A stretch of DNA of 57,296 bases, the filler included, from Sphacelaria rigidula (Eukaryota), in the NCBI GenBank assembly GCA_964200075.2. It is 6 parts of 6 records of this genome, joined end to end, with 100 filler letters (N's around TTAATTAATTAA, not from the genome) between each part and the next. Parts side by side here need not be neighbours in the genome. Positions count along the whole stretch, not along the records: positions 9,568 to 19,033 come from CAXNAA020008430.1; positions 19,134 to 28,599 come from CAXNAA020008431.1; 4 more parts are not named here. One strand, written 5' to 3'. Position numbers and translations under genes: made by a program. Below the pieces are notes generated by a model. The model was not told the DNA's origin. It did not search any database and saw only the letters and a list, made by a program, of their open reading frames with translations. This document shows positions 12,286-23,999 of the stretch, in pieces. Numbering within the stretch: the stretch's first letter is position 1; the number at the start of each line of letters is the position of its first letter.

Positions 12286-13124
12286 CCTTTCATCCAATAC
12301 TGGACGGATTTCCGTCAAACAAAGGCTGTCTTGTGTGAATGATGAGCTAGCGCTTGAACAATGCGCGTGAGTGGTGGGTGTCTATGCGTCGCAGAAATCC
12401 AATGCGTCATAGAAATCCAGTGCCTAATCCGGAATAGCTTGAGACAACAACCTATTTAAAAATTTGAATCATCGATGCTGCGTCGTTTCCTCAAATCTGG
12501 AGCCCACGCAGCAGATCTGAACGATACGACAGTAACGAAACAACTCACGCAGAAATGGGGGGAAAAACTACTACATGGGACATCAAGGCAGACAGCTCCT
12601 GTCATCAAACGCTGGATATAGAGCAGCTCCGTGCTGGTTCAGTTTGTTCGCCCCAACGTGCACGCGTCCGCCTTGCGTGTCTTCTCCGATCCCGGCACCC
12701 GACTATACCTCAAGTACAATACGGACGGAGACGCAACAGACAGCTACATAGTCGTCACGTGATCGTTTCATCGTTTCACCTTTGTGTACAGACAGTATCT
12801 AGTGTGTAGCACATTGATCTCACCCCACTTCTGTGCTTACCGAAACACCGCTTGCAGCACTACAACTGTTCAGGCACTCTCCAGCGCACATCACATCATG
12901 TTTGTCGTATAGTGTTCAAATGCACAACAGCACAGCGACAACTACACCATAAAAATGATGGGTGTGGGAAGCGCCTTGTTCGTTTGACTACATTTTCTGA
13001 AAAAGGTATTGCTGTGCTGTCGTAGTAGTACAGCAGCAGCAGCTGGACACTGTTCATTTTGCAACAAGAAAAGCTGATGCATACCATATACAGTCCGTCT
13101 TCAGGTTCTGAGACTAAAATACAC

Positions 13125-13366
13125 TACAGAACTGCGGTGTTGTCTTGTGCTCAGTGTAGTACTCTATACTCCATATACCCTTACAGAATTGTCTTGTGTT
13201 CAGTGCAGTACCCTGTACTCCAGATAATTGGGTCACGTTTTGAGCAATTCTTGGAAAGTTCTGCTTGTTTTTTTAAACGTTCTCGAAACGTTCTGCTTGT
13301 TTTTCTGTCACAGAAACCCAATGCCGAATCTGGAACAGCCTGAGACAACAACCAATTTGAAAATTG
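13125..13366. repeat. Dispersed repeat; second copy at about 16348-16650
   Basis: Shared agtgtagtactct, accctgtactccagataat, ttttctgtcacagaaa and agcctgagacaacaaccaattt. Confidence 0.75.
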
Positions 13367-13625
13367 TAAGGTCAAAGGAAGAGGAGGGTTAGCTTCTGAA
13401 TTCCATGTCTATGTCCGGGTTGTATTATGGTAGGTTGAATAAAAAGGATGGCTAGCTTCTCTATTCCATGTCTTTGTCCCGGCTGTGTAATGGAAGGGTA
13501 AAGAAAAAGGAGGGGTAGCTTCTCTATTACATGCCCATGTCCGTGCTGTGTTATGGTAGGTTAAAGAAAGAGGAGGGTTAGCTTCTCAATTTCATGTCCA
13601 TGTCCGGGCTGTGTTATGGTAGGTG
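13367..13625. repeat. 63-bp tandem minisatellite, about 4 units (same family as 9624-10005)
   Basis: Unit starts at about 13430, 13493, 13556 and 13619. Confidence 0.9.
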
Positions 13626-13640
13626 AAATCAAATGTGTTT

Positions 13641-13811
13641 GAGTCACCCTACGATAGCGGGGGGGGTATTTTGGGCCATTTGTTGCTCGAAATTTCGAGT
13701 CAGATNNNNNNNNNNCAAGCGCAACGCAAGTGTGGAAGGGTGGCTGACACACTTATGAGCCTCTTTTTTCGTGCCACCAAATACCCCCCCCCCCCTATCG
13801 TAGGATGACTC
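13641..13811. mobile_element. MITE with GAG...CTC ends and 4-bp TSD (Sola-like), family A; contains a 10-N gap
   Basis: TIR gagtca(c/t)cctacgatag-G run; GTTT at 13637-13640 and 13812-13815. Confidence 0.8.
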
Positions 13812-15599
13812 GTTTTTAGGGGGAAACCATTGGGTTGTTTAATTTTTTTCATGTTGTGTTCGTCGGTCCGGGACATTTTTTTTAGTGACGGTCCCCGGTA
13901 TATGTACGGTGACAGTCTGTATTCGTTTTACAGCGCCGTTGCCACTCGACTCCAACCCAAGAGTTTAGAGGTGAGGGGGGATGCAACGATACGGCGGGGG
14001 GGGAGGGGAGGGTACTCCTCTCACGAATCTCCACTTCGAAATCGTCTTTGAAACCGGCAACGTCTGTCTGTTCCTATCCCTCACGAGAACAGTCGTGCTG
14101 GGAGTACAAAAACCCTTGACCTTTGAAAGCAGAGTTCGGTTGGCTTACACGAAACTCGTCTTCCTGAGAGATCGATTGACTGTATATTTCTAGCGTATGT
14201 TCTGGTGCACTGTACAGTACAGTACTATATTGAATAGATTTCTCTGCTTCACAATCACGCTTCCAATTTTCTATTCTCCTTTTCCTTTGTTAGGCTAATT
14301 GCTATACTTCTGATGTATCGAAAAAAATATAACTTGTTGAAGAGTGCTTTTTCGACCCTTCTCCGTCGTTTTCGCCTCGAGAAGAGGGCTCAGCGGATGT
14401 TGATACCTCAGACCATTCCAGAGCACCTTTGCGTTTTCCGTAGGTCACAACTGTGTAGTGGGTGAGAGGACCGCGTGCTTAGAGGACCGCACCGTAGCTC
14501 GAAACACCTCAGTATCGATGTTTTCCAAAACCTATCGGGCCAGTCCCTGCAGGTACCACGACCCTGACCTCAACACTAACGTTAAGCCTAACCCAAACCA
14601 TAGGGATGTTCAACTTCCGACGCGGTCCTCCATGCACGCGGTCGTCTCACGCATTACAACAGTTTNNNNNNNNNNGCCAAAAATTAGACAGTACAGTTAT
14701 GGGTAGGGCTTGCAGGTTTTTGGTACTATATTCATGGAAAGTGCAAGCTGAACGCTGCATGCGTCAGAAGTGGCCGGTAATCCAACGAGTCATACAGTAT
14801 CAACGGAAAATACAAGCGTCACCTACAAATGACGATTTGGGTCATAGGAAATTAACGATATGTTTAGTACATTTATTCAAGTCTGGGAGTGGTCGGTGTT
14901 GAGGTGATTTTGTTCCTCCGGAAAGCTCGCTCCACATCAGTGGATGGACAATCTTGCTGCACTAGCGAGTGTCCTGCCTTTGTCTGTACCGGTCGGGAAG
15001 CATACGCCCCCGAGCTGCCACCGCACGTTCACCATCATTGCGAAAATAACAAGACAAGAGCACGAACAGCACCTGTTGTGGCTGTTACACACCAACGTAA
15101 CTGCAGTGAATTTGAACAATTTGAATATTGTGGCTCTACGGATCGAGGCATACATGGTGCTCAGTCTGAAATCAAAATCACTCTTCGCGCCTTGACTTCT
15201 CCCCCGGAACCGTTGTCAAACATTGCATAGTTTGCAGTTGATTCTAATACTATTAATAGAATATACAGACAGTTACCAAATAAATGACCGCGGTCGCCAG
15301 CAGATGTAACGCACATTCTCGTGCTGGAATCGCTCTCGATGCCTTGGCTTCTGCACTGGAGCCCTGACATGAAGCAGCCGCCAGCTTTGTCTTTTTTCTG
15401 TCAATTCTCTTTCTGTCGTTCGACACTTCAAAGGATACTCGCCATGCGCACCGATTTCTTTTAATTTGCCATCTTCGACCTCAAAAGACGCTACTGATCC
15501 TCAACCCAACAGTGCCAATCGCGCAACGCTTACAACTGGACACCGAAGCGGGGGATTGGACTGCGGTTAATCGCGCGCGCTTCCGAGCAGTGCTACGAT

Positions 15600-15835
15600 G
15601 GGGGTTGCACGTTTTGTTCCTCGGCCTCGTTCTTGTAGGAGCCCAAATATATGGGGCTTACTGTGCAACCCAAATCTCCGGGGACAGGACATGAAAACGC
15701 ACACAGGGGCCTCTTCGTGAATCGGAATCATTTTCAGTCTTTTTCAAGTGAAAATGATGCCGATTCTCAAAATGATCCGTGCAACACCCCGAGAAACATT
15801 TTCGCTCAAAAAGTGCAACCCTACCGTAGCATCAC
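15600..15835. mobile_element. MITE with GGGTTGCAC...GTGCAACCC ends; inverted copy at about 49800-50102
   Basis: Short TIR plus collinear similarity to the reverse complement of 49850-50102. Confidence 0.7.
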
Positions 15836-16849
15836 TCTTCCCACACACCCAAGCTACGTCGCCTAGTTTGTTTTTCGCGTTTGAGCGTGATGCTGACTCG
15901 CATTTAACTGAAACGTACTAAAAGGGTGTTTTCCGCTCTGGGGGAGGATTTTCGGGCCGCTGACGCGACGCCAGCAAAATATCAAACTAAGCCCTCTAGA
16001 TCTTGTGTGTATGCGGGGGGCTGTCAAGTGTCGTGGACCGTCCGCACGAGAAGCAGCAGCAGCAGCAGTATCAGCAGCATATTTATTGCCAGTAAATGTA
16101 CGTGGCTGGGGGGGGGGGGGTTGATCGTAGACGGTCCGCGTTTTGACCGCGCGACAACACCCACGCACCTTGCGAGTGATAGCCACCGTGCGCTGACACA
16201 CGCACAAATCGGCACCAGCTGATTTAGACGCACCCCCAGCCGCGTACATCTACTGGCAGTAAAGATGCGGCCGAAACTGCTGCTGTTGCTTCTTCGCCTT
16301 CTCGTGCGAAACGCGATTAGAACGGCGCGTGATTTCTCGTGATGCTGCAGAACTGCTGTGTTGTTTTTTGTTGAGTGTAGTACTCTGTAGTCTATACAAT
16401 ACTGCAAATTTGTCTTGTCTTGAGTGTACTACCCTGTACTCCAGATAATGGCGACATGGTTTGAGCAGTGTTTTTAAAAGTTCTGCTCGTCTTTTGAAAG
16501 TTCTCCTCGGTTTTTTTCAAGTATTCCGAACAAAACGAGAGTGTTTTCTGTCACAGAAATCTAATGCCAAATCTGGAGTAGCCTGAGAAAACAACCAATT
16601 TGGAAATTGGAATGGAATAGCCTGAGACAACAACCAATTTGGAAATTGAAATATGAAGTCCAAAAAAGCAGAGATCCCTCAAAACGAATCATCGACCAAT
16701 GCGCTTCACGTGCTCCACATTCCAAACAGTTGCCTTGCACGAACGTAGTCTTGCTGAGAGCAGCAACGGGCCGACTGTATGATGCAAGGTGTACTGACCA
16801 GTACATGATTGTACGTGAAGTCCGCAACATCACAGTAGTAAGCAGATCG

Positions 16850-17000
16850 GTGTTGAATATCAACCGGTACCAAAAGTTGGATACGACATTTTAAAAGTAT
16901 CGACACATTTGCGTCGATACCGATATCTTCTCGATACGCGGAAAATGACCCGATACGTATCGATACTCGATACCGATACTGGATACGATACGATACGTAG
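16850..17000. repeat. Cluster of (tat)cgatac motifs resembling DNA-transposon subterminal repeats
   Basis: About ten gatac/cgatac copies in 150 bp. Confidence 0.5.
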
Positions 17001-18125
17001 GGACGCAGCTGGTGAGACCTCGCGGTACGTCAGTACACTGACACACTGGCAATCTAACCCGGAGTGGGTGGACGCCCGATTGTATGAAGGTACAGCAGCA
17101 CCAGCGTGTAATCTCTCATCCGGCATCGTAGACGTGGCGGCACAACACGAGGCGTGATGCTTCGGTTTAATAAAATGGTTCTGCATCGTGCAAGAGGTAA
17201 GTCGCGCAAAAGAGGGAGTTGATTACAACGCCGGGTGTGATGCGTGGTACATAGTGTGTTGTCCAAGCCGGTGATATATCAAAGTATATTCCGCGGCCAC
17301 TATTCCGTCATGTTTCGATCCAATTTGAGTATTTACCTCAACTCTGCGCACTGCGGATGCAAACACACTCCTCCTTGTTCAATAACAAACACGCCAAACC
17401 TCAAATCTGTGAGATAAATGAGATTGCAAATGCGCGCTCGCTCTTTTTGTTTTTCATATCAAACAAAGGGGAAAAGTCGAAAGTATACGTCAAATTGTTC
17501 ATCATTGGCTACACAACCAAGTATGTAAGGGCTGAATCTCCTACTCAGCGCTGGGATCTATGTGTAAAAAAAAGTCGTGGGACCTCTGTTNNNNNNNNNA
17601 AAACGTAAAAATCCAGAAAAGTGCACTTCACAAACGGGGCGTGGTCCCTCATGAAGATCCACTCATGTAGAAATACAACACGTCAGAGCCTAATTCCTTG
17701 GCCACGCGACTTGACGTGTGCCCCTCAACGGATCCTCGCTGCAACCAACAAATCGGGTATACCATTGATAGTAGAACTTCATCTCATTACTTGCCATTCA
17801 CCCATATGTCATGGTCCAATCATAAAATCCATTTCCCTCGCATCCAGGCCTGCTTACATGTATCAATCACTGAGTGTGAGTATATTCGATTAGCCCTCCT
17901 ACTCACGGCTCAACTCTACTCGATTCTCAAACCCTACTTGACAATATTCAATACTATATTATCAAGCACAAAAAACTCGTCCCACCCTTGTACAGACATT
18001 TGGTTATGCCATCTACTGAGCAAACTGAAAATACTTTCTTTAGTCCTTTTCCTCAATACGTCATGACATACTCATGCTTTTCATCCATCCCTTCACGCCT
18101 TTCAGTACTGAAAAAAATTTGAGCC

Positions 18126-18305
18126 AACCCGTCGAAGACCGAAATCCAACACCATAAACCATTGAAAAATATTTTATTTCCTGGAACAAAAAAATCAAAT
18201 CCGGTCGAACCCGTTGAAGACTGAAATCTAACACCAGAAACCATTGAGAAACATTTTGTTTGCAATAAAAAATCAAATCTAGTTGTACCCGTCGAAGATA
18301 AAATG
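18126..18305. repeat. About 80-bp tandem repeat (2+ units) downstream of Copia pol
   Basis: acccgt(c/t)gaaga...aaaccattga...aaaaaatcaaatc repeated. Confidence 0.7.
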
Positions 18306-18432
18306 ATTCATTGCAAAATTGAAAATATTGCAACCATGGCCTCGTACCCCTACTTCCCCGGGATGGATAAATGTCCCCGAAAACAAAACAAACCAGCTCA
18401 GACCAACCCAATGTACCAGTGTCTTGCGGACT

Positions 18433-19033
18433 CTACATGATGTTCATGACAATATTACGGTGAAACTCGAAAGACTCTGTCGGCAACACTTTGGTAAGAA
18501 AATCGGCATGTTGATACTCTGATCTCACGTGAATAACCGAAACCTCTTTCCTCCCAACCAGTTCCCTGATAAAATGATGCCGTACGTCGATGTGCTTGGA
18601 GTTGGAGTTTGTGATTGGGTTCTTTGCCAACTGAATAGCTTCCTGATTATCCTCAAACACAGGGATGCATGGCATTCCCATCTGCGGCAACATGAAACGC
18701 CAAACCTGTCTCAAAAACAATACCTCCTTCTGAGTATCTGTCACCGCAACGTACTCTGCTTCCGTTGTGGATAGCGTCGCACATTTCTGGGTCCTTGAAA
18801 ACCAAGACACACATCCACCTCCACACATGACTAGCCCTCCTAATACCGACCGCCTATCAGCTGCCTTACTTGCGTAGTCTGCGTCTGCAAAAACATGGAA
18901 GCTCAACCCCTGTATACTTCCTCTGCGAAAAGAAATCCCCAGCGAACTTGTTCGCCGAACACACCCCAAACTAACAAATGCAGCACGCCAATGAAGGTGT
19001 TTTGGTGAGGCACACTACCTCGCTACTGCACGT
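18433..19033 (-). mobile_element. Ty1/Copia retrotransposon pol 3' end (RT end + RNase H), truncated by scaffold end
   Basis: FADADYASKAADRRSVLG, SWFSRTQKCATLSTTEAEYVA, EDNQEAIQLAKNP, SKHIDVRHHFIRE and QHADFLTK are canonical Copia RNase H motifs. Confidence 0.95.
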
Positions 19034-19133
19034 NNNNNNNNNNNNNNNNNNNNNNNNNNNNNNNNNNNNNNNNNNNNTTAATTAATTAANNNNNNNNNNN
19101 NNNNNNNNNNNNNNNNNNNNNNNNNNNNNNNNN
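19034..19133. other. Artificial scaffold-joining linker
   Basis: N44-TTAATTAATTAA-N44. Confidence 0.97.
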
Positions 19134-19734
19134 CCCAACGACCACCCTCCTGTGTCTACAACCATCAACAGAACACAAAACAAAACATTTCCCCCCCCCC
19201 CCCCCCCCCCCAAGTACCAGCTGTAAAAAAAGGTCGTATGGAACGAGATCAATAATTTTTTGGGCGGTTTTGATTGCGATTTTTTCGTCGCAATTCGAGC
19301 AGAGACAAGAAAGAAGCGTCTTTTATCGCACAAAATCAGAGCTGCACACATGAAGCAGGCGTGATCTAGGAGCTGTGCGCCTGTACAACAAAACTCAACA
19401 AAGGCACAGCTCTAGACGCTACCACGTGATTTACTCAACTCTGATAGACGGCACTTCCTCCCCACCCCAATTCTGAATACGATAGAGTGGACCACAGCAG
19501 CAGTACGCTTAGCAGCTCAGGCATTGTTTACTGCGGATCAAACCGTGTTGATAGGGTTCAAATGCACCACAGTACAGCGACAACTACAGTACAGAAATTA
19601 TGGGTGTGGGCATGGCGCACGTTGTTCGTTTTACAGAAGACACAACATCCAGCTCACCATGCCACTTCTAACAATGTATAGACAGCACTACGTGCCGAGT
19701 ACAATTATTGTCAGAATACAACAGTACAGTAGTT

Positions 19735-20181
19735 CAAGGTTGTGTTCTGTAGAGTACGGTTTCCTGTATACCCGGGTATTTTGCCGGGTATTGACCGTAC
19801 CCTACAGCTCTGTGAGTTATGTAATCTCTGTAAGACTCCTGTACCGTTACCGGGGGGCACGGGTACGCTCTTGATAAGATACCTAATTGCGGGTACGGTT
19901 TTCTGTGCAACCTCCATACCCTACCCGACAGTTTCTGTGAGTTCTGTACAGAATGTTTACCCGTACCCGGAGCGCGGGTAAGCTCTTCAAGAAATACACG
20001 ATTGCCGGTACCGATTTTCTGTAAGCCTCCCATAGCGTACCCGACAAATTCTGCAATGTCTGCAAGACTTTCATACCGGTACCCGGCAGTTCTGTAAACT
20101 CTGGAGGACTTGTACCCGCCAGTTCTGTAGGAAATCTCATACCCTACAGAACGTACCCGAACCTTACAGAACACAACCTTG
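19735..20181. mobile_element. hAT-type MITE (447 bp)
   Basis: TIR CAAGGTTGTGTTCTGTA...TACAGAACACAACCTTG; 8-bp TSD cagtagtt/cagcagtt; many internal taccc(g) and ttctgt repeats. Confidence 0.85.
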
Positions 20182-20451
20182 CAGCAGTTCAAACAATCCC
20201 CAGCTCAGATCAAACCATCTTCACAAGATCCAAACGCCCCACATCATAGTGTCAGCTACAGCACAGGAGTGATGGGTCTGGGAACACAGCGCCTTGTTTG
20301 TTGCGGAAGACACAACATCCAACAAACACATCATGACCTTTTCGACTTTGATGAAAGAGCTCTGCGTGCCGACTACGATTGTTCAGGTCAGAGCAGAACA
20401 CAACAACTACTGTACAGCAGCTCAGGCAATCTCGGCGGTAACCAAACCGTC

Positions 20452-20986
20452 AAAGGGCGTGTCGGGTAGGTTGTGTACTCTTGAGCCCCCGTGTAAAATA
20501 CCCGAGTATTTCATCTACCCAAGGTTTGGGTGAATTGGGCTCGACCTCAAATACTGTCTAAACAAAATTTGGAGAGATTGAGTACGATCTCAATCACTGT
20601 ACCCAAAAATTGAGTAGGTTGGGTGGGACTTCAAATACTCTACCCAGCTATGGGCAAGTACTCTCAGCGAATCCCGGGTATAGAATATCACTTGGGTATG
20701 ACCTCAATACTCCATCCATTTTTGGGGTAATTTGGGTACGGCCTCGATTACTCTACCCAAATTTTAGGTAGGTTGGGTACGACCTCAAATACTCTACCCA
20801 ATATTGGGTGAGTAATCTCAGCAATATCCGAGTGCAGAGTATCGCGTGGGTTTGACCTCAATATCCCACCCCAAGTTTTGGGTAGATTGGGTACGACCTC
20901 AACACCCTACCCAATTTTTTGGGTACTGAGAGTACGACTTTTCACAATATCCGGATATCGGGTATAGCCTACCCGACGCGTCCTTG
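20452..20986. mobile_element. hAT-type MITE (535 bp)
   Basis: Imperfect TIR aaagggcgtgtcgggtagg/cctacccgacgcgtccttg; 8-bp TSD aaaccgtc/acaccgtc; internal gggtacgacctcaaatactctaccc repeats. Confidence 0.8.
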
Positions 20987-21389
20987 ACACCGTCTCGGCA
21001 AGTTCTAAACACACCACAGGACAGACAGCTACAGCGCATGAGAGAGGGCGTGAGCGTGAAATACTTTACGTGTTGGCCAAAAACTACCGTAAAATGCACG
21101 ATAGAGACCTATGCAGGCAGGTGCTCAAGTCGCAGGCGTGATCCAACGTACGTGGACAACTTGTCGGATGAAATGAGTTTTTCGTATACCCCCCCCCCCC
21201 CTACATGGTGCGGCGCCATCTCTAGGCAACTCCATAACCCATCTATTTCGTCGTCACCGCATGAGTTTGTTTGTTCTGACTCGCGTCAAACTTGTATCAA
21301 ATTCCCCAGAACAGCGTAAACCCTAGCTGCAAGTCTATTGCGTAAAGAAGGCGCTAGAACACACTTGGAAATGGAGAGCGACCGCGAAC

Positions 21390-22650
21390 GTAAACAAATG
21401 TGCGGTACTTGTATGTAACGAAGAGAAGGAGAAGCCGTAGAGTTCAAATGAAAGTGGGAAAAAGAGGAATTGCCGATCGTAGACCAGTATACATACCTCG
21501 GCGTAGATCTAAAAAAACTGTTCTTGGGATGCACACATAAATAAAGTAATAAAAAGGGTAAGGCACAGATAGGCCAGATGGACGTGATCCTTAGAGACTC
21601 GCACCTCGATGCTAGGATTAAGAGATGAATCCTGAGGAACGTGATCGTACCAAAGCTGGATGATGCAGGAGAAGTATGGAAGGCGTACTCATTCGTTGCT
21701 TGCCTTAGTCGTTGACCGTTGACCGTCATACTTCGGAGAAGTATGGGGGGGGGGAATGCAAAGCTGGTGAAGAAGTTGGAAACAATACAGATGGCAGCAG
21801 CTAAGAAAATACTTGGCTGCTTGAAAACGATGAGTAATACAGCATTGAAAGCAGAATGGGAATGTGACTGTGAAAACGAACAGAAACACCAGAAAATTGA
21901 GATGGCAATATAGCGTAAAGAGCATGCAGAGAAGAAAATGACGAAAGGGAAGGCTTTTATAAAGGTGGGATGGAGAAGTCGAGAAAGTATGGAAGGAAAT
22001 AGGAGAAAACCAAGACGAAATACTGTCCATGGGTGAATGCGGGGAGTACGATACAAAAGAAAGAGACATGATAGACATTAGGGAAAAATAAACGCCAAGA
22101 CAGAACGTAGACAAGAAAGGTCACCTGAAGATGTACGGCGGATTGAGAGAGGGGTAGGACGAGGACTTATGTGCATGGCTCAATGAACTACGCGAAAAAA
22201 ATGAAACTGCGATTTCGGGTGAGGGACCTGGACCTGCCAGGAAGAAGAAAATATATATCCCTGTAGTCGAGTGCAGGAGAAATTGGATGCACAAAATTGC
22301 CCCTGTGGCAAAGCAATACACTGGAAGGTAAAACTCAAAGAGGGGCAGATTATGAACAATACAAAGGGGAGACGGGATGTGCGAGAGGGGGAAATGTGTA
22401 AAGTAAAAGAAGGTGGCATGAAATCGTTTAATGCATTTGACAGTAGGGAGAAAACGACGCCTACACAAGGAGATGAATGGTAGCCACAGACGGCTAAACA
22501 GGACGGAGATCAGATATGTAAACAGTTTTGGTGTAATATGTGGAAGAAGCGTAGTGAGCGCCCAAAAGTTGGTGGCATGTCTATTAGGAGTAGGAACAGC
22601 GCTCTATCTCGCAAGGGATGCGTGGTCAATGGTCAATCGACTATAGGCAA
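21390..22650 (+). mobile_element. Degenerate 5'-truncated LINE (RT thumb to 3' end)
   Basis: Broken translation ELPIVDQYTYLGVD...SWDAHINKVIKKGK...NVIVPKL...KKLETIQMAAAKKILGC with stops and frameshifts; 3' part repeated at about 28065-28255 and 41010-41190. Confidence 0.85.
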
Positions 22651-23924
22651 GCAAAAACTGAGTACGCCCCTCCACCTCCCCCCCCCCCCTGCGCGCAAAA
22701 TTTGGGCTGACATGAAAAATCGGGTGGGTTACAGTTTACATTTATTTTGCATGCCACCCCTTGACCTTGACGAGAGTTGAACCTTGTATCTCAGTTCTCA
22801 TGATCCTCGGAACTCAGCTATTATTACTAATCTTTTCACATGGCCAGGTTTTGGCGAACATCTTCCTTCACACCCTGTCCTACAAAATGAGCTGTAGGTA
22901 CAGTACGAGAACGGTGAAGAGAAGCAGGCTTCAGATCGCCCTCTCGTGGGGGAGAGGGTTAGTGAAGTCATGTTGAAGCTTGTGTGGGAAGTAATATGAA
23001 ACGTACATACACGTGTTGTATCGGCGGAGTTGGAAATACATTTCAACACAGTACAGTAGTCTAGCACACAACACGAGACAGCAACGTGAACAGCCATCGA
23101 GACGTTTACTTTGTACAGATGCATAGTATACACAGAGTAGCTACAACAGTGCCTCCCTCCTTCTCCTCACTAGGGCACATATTCCTTAAATAATGCAGTA
23201 GTGTACAGGTTTGTACCTTACCCAATGTAGTGCATCCTCTGCTGTAGGGTCGCACCACCTTTCCTCTCTACGAAATTAAACTATTTGCCTGTGAAACGAT
23301 GAAGGAGCAGCAGGAACTAGCGTAGGTATGAGTTACCGATGTTTCGCTCGCAAGTCTCCAGTGACGCTTTGAGCGATGACAAGCTTCGGAATCGAACAAA
23401 AGTACTTGACCCGACATCAGCCACAGCTATAAGTTTGTATCTCCACGGTACTTGAGGACGGACACGCTCTACATCTCTCGTGATGGATTTGTTGCTTGTG
23501 GAAACATCCTTGCAAGATCGGGGTCAAAACAGCTGAGTATCTATATAAACGTGTTGTATCGTATTCCTCCTTCCCTTCAGTTTTTGGCCCCGTAGGTGTA
23601 TCTTACAGTAACAAACCGCAGCAAGAGCAGTATGACGGCTTGTGCAAACAACTCCACTCCAATACCCGCACCAGTGATCCGACGTCCTTGGTCAGGTCGA
23701 TGGATGAACTGATTTCACCCACACCCTTGGTACGGGGTGTGGCGCAGGCAACTTCAAAACTCGGCCGCCTCACTGTTTTCCCCCCATCTTCCTGCCCCGC
23801 GGTCAAGTCGTACCAATGTCTCGAAATCAGTTTACACCATTGCTCGGAACTCAGTGACATACAGTACTCTCAACACGTGAGAATCCTTCAGTTTCCGAAC
23901 AGGGAAGTCTAGGCACTTGCCGCC

Positions 23925-23999
23925 GTGTCTCCGTAGCCTAATTCGTACAACTGACCCCAGTCAGGGCGGGAGAGTTCGGGTTCAATTCCCCGCAGATGC
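23925..23999 (+). pseudogene. tRNA-derived Pol III element (tRNA-Asp-like pseudogene or SINE head)
   Basis: A-box-like TAGCCTAATTCG, B-box GGTTCAATTCC, weak acceptor pairing GTGTCT/AGATGC and an immediate T8 run; D and anticodon arms do not fold cleanly. Confidence 0.5.

Noticed and set aside
21286..22056. 256-aa minus-strand ORF
   Set aside because: It is the antisense shadow of the purine-rich degenerate LINE on the plus strand.
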